Positions 34,397 through 39,502 of a stretch of 39,502 nt of DNA are shown one piece after another. The notes below the pieces were generated by a model. The model made no database searches. It saw only the letters and a list, made by a program, of their open reading frames with translations, and was not told where the DNA came from. The DNA is from an uncultured Desulfobacterales bacterium (GTDB taxonomy: Bacteria > Desulfobacterota > Dissulfuribacteria > Dissulfuribacterales > QOAL01), in NCBI GenBank assembly GCA_964469365.1, contig CAYXYO010000207.1, positions 1 through 39,502 on the forward strand, written 5' to 3'. The position numbers and the translations under genes are program-made. Numbering within the stretch: the stretch's first letter is position 1; every line of letters starts with the position of its first letter.

Positions 34397-36043
34397 ATGA
34401 ACAAGAGAAATAGTCAAGTTACTGCATGCTCCCTGTTTGCGTTAATCTTCTTAATGTTGTTGATTATATACGCAAACAATGTGTCGGCAGAATGTGCTTC
34501 AACATATTATTGCAGACAAAACATATATGTAAAAGAACCTCTGTCCGGCGTGTTGGACTTTGGCACGGTTAAAAAGGGAACAAAGATATCCTATAATATG
34601 ATAATTGGCTCTGATTTTTGGGAATGTTGTATTTTTCAGCCTGTTCCCATCAGTCTGTTCGAAGAACTTGAACCTAAAAGCAGGGTCTTCAGTGTAACCG
34701 GTCTCCAGACAGGTGACACTTTTGCACCACCTACTGCCACTGCAACGAATTATAAAGTTTTGACCGTTACCCTGGATCTGACCAATGAGGATCCTTCCAC
34801 AACCGAGTCATATATGACTCAATATGAGCTGCTTCTTGGGCAACAGTCTGCGAATTTAGTCTATGACACGCCACCACCACCTAAGCCTATAATTATTACC
34901 GTAAAGGCTGTTGGAGAAAAGGCGGCAGGCCCGGCAATAACCTGTGACCCCAGGATAGATTTTGGGCTGGCTGAAATAGGCACACAGGTTAACAGGGAGC
35001 TTACCTGTTACAACACAGGGGATGTGGATGGTAAAATTGAGGCTGTTGCGCCAGGAGTTGGAGATCTCAGGCCATTTACCACTGATATGCAGGGCAATAG
35101 CACCATACCAAGAGATTACAAACAGGTCTTTAATGTAAGTTTCATTCCTGCCTCCACTCAGCAGGAAACCCGTATACTGGAAATTACCTTTGATGATGGA
35201 AGTTCACAGAAGGTCGAACTTACAGGGCAGGGCAAGCCCAAGTGCAGTGAAAACCATCTGTTTCCGTACGATCTGTATGCTGATCTGCCTGAGGCTTTCA
35301 CCCTTCGCGCAGGACAGGGGCAGGTTTTCATAGTGGATATAGCCGGCCCGGCCCTGTTTCTGGCGGAAAACAATGTAAAAAAACCTGGTTCACCTTACAG
35401 GTTTGATACTGTGCTTGCCAGGGATGCAAAGGAGGCCGCCTTCGGTCAGCCTGCCAGCGATGGCCATTATATCTATGCCATTGTACTTGACCAGAAGAAT
35501 ACTTCCAGATACATGAATTCCCAGTTCATGGTTATGGATTTGAATTATACCAATCTCTTTGATCAGGTTATGATGGGTACAATGGTGGTGCCCACAGGAT
35601 GGGACACTGGAAATGTGCCTGCGATCTCGGTTTCTGTAAACAGGAAGAAAGCATTGTTCGTTGAAAGTGCGTCTTCTTTGAAACGGTCTGATAACAGCCT
35701 GACAATGGAGCTTGCAACCAACTGGGCATCAGCGCCGTCTGCCAGTATGACAGGAGACTATTACCTGATACTTGTAAATCAGGACATGTCAAAGACATAC
35801 TGTTATGATTTTGAAAAAGAACAGTTCAATTTCTGTTCCCCTGTTACTCCGGCAATAAGAGGTATTACTCCGGGATTTGTTGACAATGGCAACAGGCCGT
35901 TCCATATCCCCTTTACGGAAAATGGCGTCTGGCGAGTCTATTCCGGTATCATTACCGATGACGGCAATGTATTTTATGATCAGGCAGTCATAGTGACAGG
36001 TCAGGCTGCCAATTTCCAGACGAACTACAGATGCAATGAATAG
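34397..36043 (+). CDS. Secreted protein with two HYDIN/ASH-like (choice-of-anchor-D-like) Ig-fold modules and an unassigned C-terminal half
   Basis: Signal peptide ...IIYANNVSA. Two modules open with LDFGTVKKGTKISY and IDFGLAEIGTQVNRELTCYNTGDVDGKIE, and the second closes with FNVSFIPAS...LEITFDDGSSQKVELTGQG. The last ~260 aa have no motif I recognise. Confidence 0.7.
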   Translation: MNKRNSQVTACSLFALIFLMLLIIYANNVSAECASTYYCRQNIYVKEPLSGVLDFGTVKKGTKISYNMIIGSDFWECCIFQPVPISLFEELEPKSRVFSVTGLQTGDTFAPPTATATNYKVLTVTLDLTNEDPSTTESYMTQYELLLGQQSANLVYDTPPPPKPIIITVKAVGEKAAGPAITCDPRIDFGLAEIGTQVNRELTCYNTGDVDGKIEAVAPGVGDLRPFTTDMQGNSTIPRDYKQVFNVSFIPASTQQETRILEITFDDGSSQKVELTGQGKPKCSENHLFPYDLYADLPEAFTLRAGQGQVFIVDIAGPALFLAENNVKKPGSPYRFDTVLARDAKEAAFGQPASDGHYIYAIVLDQKNTSRYMNSQFMVMDLNYTNLFDQVMMGTMVVPTGWDTGNVPAISVSVNRKKALFVESASSLKRSDNSLTMELATNWASAPSASMTGDYYLILVNQDMSKTYCYDFEKEQFNFCSPVTPAIRGITPGFVDNGNRPFHIPFTENGVWRVYSGIITDDGNVFYDQAVIVTGQAANFQTNYRCNE

Positions 36044-36057
36044 TTGAGGAGGCTAAC

Positions 36058-37647
36058 ATGCGAAAAAGCATAATATTATCGAGTCTGTTACTGCTGCTGA
36101 CCTTCCCGTCCATTTCCTTGGCGGCAAGGTTGTGGGTTGACCCCGGCGCACTCTATTTCCAGTACCAGAAAAATGGGGCATCAGTCAACGCAACAGTGAC
36201 CGTATCCAATCTGGACATGGATATGAACGGCACCTTTGCCTGGACTGCCAGCACGGATGCCCAGTGGCTCTCTCTGGAGAACCCTGGCATGAGCCATTCA
36301 GGCCCTGGCAGTTTCAAGGTTTCTCTTGATACCGCAGTGCTGGATACCATGCAGTCCGGCCCCTATACCGCATCAATTGCCATTATGTCAGACATGGGAA
36401 GCAAGTTTTTTGTGCCGGTCTCCCTTAACTATATGCCTTCCACCGAGGTGCAGACACTGAACCTGCCTACTTCAGCGTGGCTGGATACAGTTATGGAGGT
36501 GCCTGCCAGTGTCCTGAATCAGGCCAAACTTTATGTGCTGATGGAGCACCCCACACTGCTGCCCGGCAAGACATATGCCTACAGATGTTCCGCTGCCGGA
36601 AACGGTTCGGAGTCAAACTGTTCCTTTGACCTTTATAGTCAGAATGGACACCTTATGCCAAATGCCGCGGATCTTTATTACGATTCCGACGCCATGCTTA
36701 ACCTTATGACCAATACCGTTGAGATACCCTTTGGAGGGTTCAGACTGGCCGGTCTGGATGGGCAGATAAGGGTGCATTGCATGGCGGGCAGCCCGGCTCC
36801 AGGCTCAAGGTATGGCATGTACAGCCTCCTGGATCTTACGATTAACATTATGCCTCTGCAGGGGCAGTGGGATGTAATTGACAATTTCTTCGGTTCTGAA
36901 TATGCATATGCTGCCAACCTTTATGAAACTTTTGGGAATATTGACGGCCTTTGGGATGGTATAGCAGTGCCATACTTTGATTACATCAATCCTTCCAACT
37001 CAATGCCTTCAGACCCGAAGATCATAGGCTCAAATGTATATGTGAAGAATTCAAGCCTGATGACCGGTTATGAACTCAAATTTTCCAGATACAACGATGT
37101 GCTGAAACAGAACGAGGATTACTGGTACCAGATAACTGATTTAACGGATTTTGATGATGGCATTGTTTCAGGCATATGGAGAATGAAGGAATCCAGCCAT
37201 ACTGACTGGAGCGTACCTCAAAAATTTTCAGCAACTCGTACTGACTGGGAGTATGTCATACCCTTTAACAGGGTCACTTTCAGGGATTCCTATGTAACTA
37301 CCGCATATGTTTCAAGCAGTACGGTTACCAAATATCCGGTTGCCTTTATTGTTGACACAGGCGCGGAAATGGTTCTTATGGATAAGGCTGACATGCAATA
37401 TATCCTGCATCCTGAGGAAATAGATGCCAAATGTGTCGAATCTACAGGTATAGGAGCAGGCGGAAACCTGATTGTTATTACCAAGTGTCCCGGAATTACA
37501 TTGCAATTAACCGACAAGATAAAGCTGGAAAATATGGACATATATTTTACAGATAATCAGACTCCGGGTCTTCTTGGCATGGATTTCCTGAAACATTTTA
37601 ATATACGCTTCAGAAGCAGTGACCACGCAATGATAATTTCACCCTGA
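36058..37647 (+). CDS. Secreted protein: BACON/Ig-like N-terminal module, unassigned beta-rich centre and C-terminal retropepsin-like aspartic protease domain
   Basis: Signal peptide ...TFPSISLA. The BACON-like pattern is FAWTASTDAQWLSLENPGMSHSGPGSFKVSL...GPYTASIAI. The C-terminus VAFIVDTGAEMVLM...GIGAGGN...TPGLLGMDFLKHFNIRF is the clan AA retropepsin signature (DTGA plus LGMDFL). Strong Shine-Dalgarno GAGGAGG. Confidence 0.8.
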   Translation: MRKSIILSSLLLLLTFPSISLAARLWVDPGALYFQYQKNGASVNATVTVSNLDMDMNGTFAWTASTDAQWLSLENPGMSHSGPGSFKVSLDTAVLDTMQSGPYTASIAIMSDMGSKFFVPVSLNYMPSTEVQTLNLPTSAWLDTVMEVPASVLNQAKLYVLMEHPTLLPGKTYAYRCSAAGNGSESNCSFDLYSQNGHLMPNAADLYYDSDAMLNLMTNTVEIPFGGFRLAGLDGQIRVHCMAGSPAPGSRYGMYSLLDLTINIMPLQGQWDVIDNFFGSEYAYAANLYETFGNIDGLWDGIAVPYFDYINPSNSMPSDPKIIGSNVYVKNSSLMTGYELKFSRYNDVLKQNEDYWYQITDLTDFDDGIVSGIWRMKESSHTDWSVPQKFSATRTDWEYVIPFNRVTFRDSYVTTAYVSSSTVTKYPVAFIVDTGAEMVLMDKADMQYILHPEEIDAKCVESTGIGAGGNLIVITKCPGITLQLTDKIKLENMDIYFTDNQTPGLLGMDFLKHFNIRFRSSDHAMIISP

Positions 37648-37675
37648 CGGGTGGCAATAGGATTGCATTCAACCA

Positions 37676-37704
37676 GGGGAAGTAAATATTGCTTCCCCTT
37701 TTTT
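37676..37704 (+). terminator. Rho-independent terminator closing the three-gene operon
   Basis: GGGGAAG / CTTCCCC 7-bp stem with a 9-nt loop (TAAATATTG), followed by TTTTTT. It begins 29 nt after the stop at 37647. Confidence 0.75.
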
Positions 37705-37715
37705 ATTGTCCTGAT

Positions 37716-38075
37716 ATGCATGAATTTACATTGGTACAGAACCTCGTAGGTCAGCTTGAACATCTGGCCGCAATGCATAATGCAGAACATATATGCAAGG
37801 TAAAGGTGGAAATAGGTTCCCGTGCGGGGGTCGTTGTTGATTCCTTTCGCTTTGCCTTTGAAGTGATTTCTCAAGAAGTGTCATTGACAAAAGGTAGTGT
37901 CCTGGAAATAATAGAAACTCTTCCTCAGAACAAGTGTCTTGAATGCCACATGATATTTGATTCAGGAAGTGAACGTCTGGATTCCTTTACTGTCACATGT
38001 CCATTTTGTGACAGTAAACATAACATGTTATATGGAGGAGATGAGATACGTCTTTTGCAGGTGGAAATGGAATGA
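37716..38075 (+). CDS. hypA: Hydrogenase nickel-insertion metallochaperone HypA
   Basis: The N-terminus MHEFTLVQNLV carries the MHE nickel site. The zinc site has two CxxC motifs (CLEC, CPFC). Size and layout are typical. I prefer the ATG at 37716 over the ORF-track start at 37689. Confidence 0.88.
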   Translation: MHEFTLVQNLVGQLEHLAAMHNAEHICKVKVEIGSRAGVVVDSFRFAFEVISQEVSLTKGSVLEIIETLPQNKCLECHMIFDSGSERLDSFTVTCPFCDSKHNMLYGGDEIRLLQVEME

Positions 38076-38803
38076 GAAGACGCAGGAAAAAAAACAGGCG
38101 GGTTTCTGAACAGGGCAGGAATAAAGATTTTTACTTGAACAGGCCCTTTGCGGACCTGAAAGCCCTCAGCTCGTCATGTTGGCAAAAGCAATGTGGCACA
38201 AGGCTGAATGAACCTGTTGAAAGGCATGAGGCAGCAGAAAAACAGCAGTTGACTGAAGATGAACGATGCTTTCAGGAGGCCATGAAAGGGGTTGTGCCAC
38301 TTGAAAAAGAGAATATATTGCCTGAACCTGTTTGTAAGCGGCATAATATCAACATACAGGAAAACAGGGATAATGACGGGCAGCAAGTCGAGTTTGGAAA
38401 ATTGATCAGGGGCGGATGGAAATTGCCTGTTGCGCTTACGTCAGAATATGTTGAAGGCCAGGGGCAGGGGAGTGACAAATTGTTAACAGCCAGACTCCAC
38501 CAGGGTCATTATTCAGTAAAGGAATATTGTGAATTGCATGGCCTGGATTCCGTGGCAGCCCTTGAAGAGTGCAATCTTTTCATGCAGAATGCCATTGCAA
38601 GGAATTTGTCCTGTGTTGCCTTTATCCATGGCAGGGGACTTTCTTCAAAGGGAGAACCTGTAATAAAAAAACTTGTTATCAACTGGCTGAAAAACGGTCC
38701 CTTCAGGCATTTTGTCAGGGCGTATGCCAGCGCCCCCGCTTGGGATGGCGGGGCAGGTGTTACCTATGTCCTGCTTTCCTGCAGAAAGCGGCGTAAAAGA
38801 TAG
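38072..38803 (+). CDS. Smr-domain protein (MutS2 C-terminal-like nuclease domain)
   Basis: The C-terminal Smr pattern is ELHGLDSVAALEE...VAFIHGRGLSSKGEPVIKKLVINWL. The N-terminus is basic. The start overlaps the hypA stop (ATGA). Confidence 0.8.
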   Translation: MRRRRKKNRRVSEQGRNKDFYLNRPFADLKALSSSCWQKQCGTRLNEPVERHEAAEKQQLTEDERCFQEAMKGVVPLEKENILPEPVCKRHNINIQENRDNDGQQVEFGKLIRGGWKLPVALTSEYVEGQGQGSDKLLTARLHQGHYSVKEYCELHGLDSVAALEECNLFMQNAIARNLSCVAFIHGRGLSSKGEPVIKKLVINWLKNGPFRHFVRAYASAPAWDGGAGVTYVLLSCRKRRKR

Positions 38804-38836
38804 AGAAGAGGCAGGAGATATCCTGATAAAAGCTGT

Positions 38837-39502
38837 ATGAATATAACAGCCGGTCATTCCATTTCCAGTTTCAGGCTTTTTGCAGTAACTCCCCCAGGCC
38901 TTGAACACACAACGTTTTTTGAACTTGAACAGATGGGTGGTATTGGCTCCCCTGTCATGGAATCAGGTGGCGTGGGCTTCTCAGGCCCTCTGGAAATACT
39001 CTACAAGGCCAACCTGTGGCTTCGCACGGCCAACCGGGTGCTTTTACGAATTGCCGGTTTCAGGGCCACAGAGCTTGATGGTTTTGAAGAAAAAATTCAG
39101 AGATATCCATGGGAACTCTATCTGCCTTCCGGCGGGGTTGTAAAGGTCAATGCCTCCTCCCACAAATCGCGCATATACCACTCCGGGGCAGTGGAAGAAC
39201 GTGTCATCAGGGGGATAGGTCATCGAATTGGAAAAAGCGTCGCGTCATGGCGGCTTGCCAGGAAAAGCGGTGTATCCTTTGATCTTCTGGTGGTGATACG
39301 GTTTGTGCGTGACAAGTGCATGATAAGCGTGGACAGCTCAGGAGATGACCTTTACAGGCGCGGCTATAAAAAAGATGTTGGCAGGGCTTCCCTGCGGGAG
39401 AATCTTGCCGCAGGTCTTCTGATTGCCGCTGGCTGGGATGGTAAAAGTCCTGTGCTTGATCCCATGTGCGGTTCAGGAACCATTGCCATAGAGGCTGCCA
39501 TG
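38837..39502 (+). CDS. THUMP-domain class I SAM-dependent RNA methyltransferase (RlmL/YpsC-like), 3'-truncated by the window edge
   Basis: This ORF is open to the window end and so is missing from the ORF track. The ATG at 38837 gives MNITAGHSISSFRLFAVTPPGLEHTTFFELEQ...ANLWLRTANRVLLRIAGF...LYRRGYKKDVGRASLRENLAAGLL...LDPMCGSGTIAIEAAM, which includes SAM motif I. Confidence 0.8.
   Translation, partial: MNITAGHSISSFRLFAVTPPGLEHTTFFELEQMGGIGSPVMESGGVGFSGPLEILYKANLWLRTANRVLLRIAGFRATELDGFEEKIQRYPWELYLPSGGVVKVNASSHKSRIYHSGAVEERVIRGIGHRIGKSVASWRLARKSGVSFDLLVVIRFVRDKCMISVDSSGDDLYRRGYKKDVGRASLRENLAAGLLIAAGWDGKSPVLDPMCGSGTIAIEAAM

Noticed and set aside
38901-39143. 80-aa + strand ORF listed in the ORF track
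   Set aside because: It is out of frame with, and fully inside, the open-ended THUMP methyltransferase ORF starting at 38837, which has clear motifs.
1-39502. CRISPR arrays, tRNA/rRNA genes, transposases, integrases and prophage genes
   Set aside because: I found no regularly spaced direct repeats with unique spacers, no T-loop or anticodon-arm-like sequences in intergenic regions, and no ORF with DDE, tyrosine recombinase or serine recombinase motifs.

Overview
This 39.5 kb window looks like chromosomal DNA from an anaerobic bacterium. The gene set fits a Desulfobacterota-like organism: four-subunit 2-oxoacid:ferredoxin oxidoreductase, rubrerythrin, class 1B dihydroorotate dehydrogenase, the DapL lysine route and hypA. 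That taxonomic placement is inference only. About 37 credible CDS cover most of the window. They include pyrimidine synthesis (pyrK-pyrD, pyrB-pyrC), serA, rnhB, a 2-TM K+ channel with an RCK domain, and a large GH57 alpha-glucan enzyme with a repeated N-terminal extension. Also present are crcB plus a DUF190 gene, a Tim44-like membrane protein, ihfA, rlmN, porCDAB, an NMO/FabK-like flavoenzyme and rubrerythrin. The lysine/folate cluster runs dapA-dapB-FAH-dapL-folK, and the window ends with hypA, an Smr-domain gene and a THUMP methyltransferase that is truncated at the window edge. Two c-di-GMP genes are present: a GGDEF-EAL sensor and a GAF-GGDEF cyclase. I found no rRNA, tRNA, CRISPR array, transposase or integrase. 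Two things stand out. (1) An AT-rich accessory operon at 33096-37704 follows a 373-bp AT-rich leader and lies downstream of the diguanylate cyclase. It encodes a CsgG/PelC-like lipoprotein with a long Gly/Ala/Ser-rich insertion and two secreted Ig-fold proteins. The second of these ends in a retropepsin-like DTG aspartic protease domain. I propose it is an uncharacterised envelope export or surface-assembly module. (2) A family of roughly 90-160 nt intergenic imperfect-palindrome repeats has at least six copies in the window. Four of them sit 3-62 nt upstream of the start codon of a + strand gene, including both c-di-GMP genes. A second AT-rich gene at 23686-25818 encodes a secreted GH26-like protein with a duplicated 4-Cys C-terminal module. 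All family assignments come from reading motifs by eye in the translated ORFs. No database searches were run.
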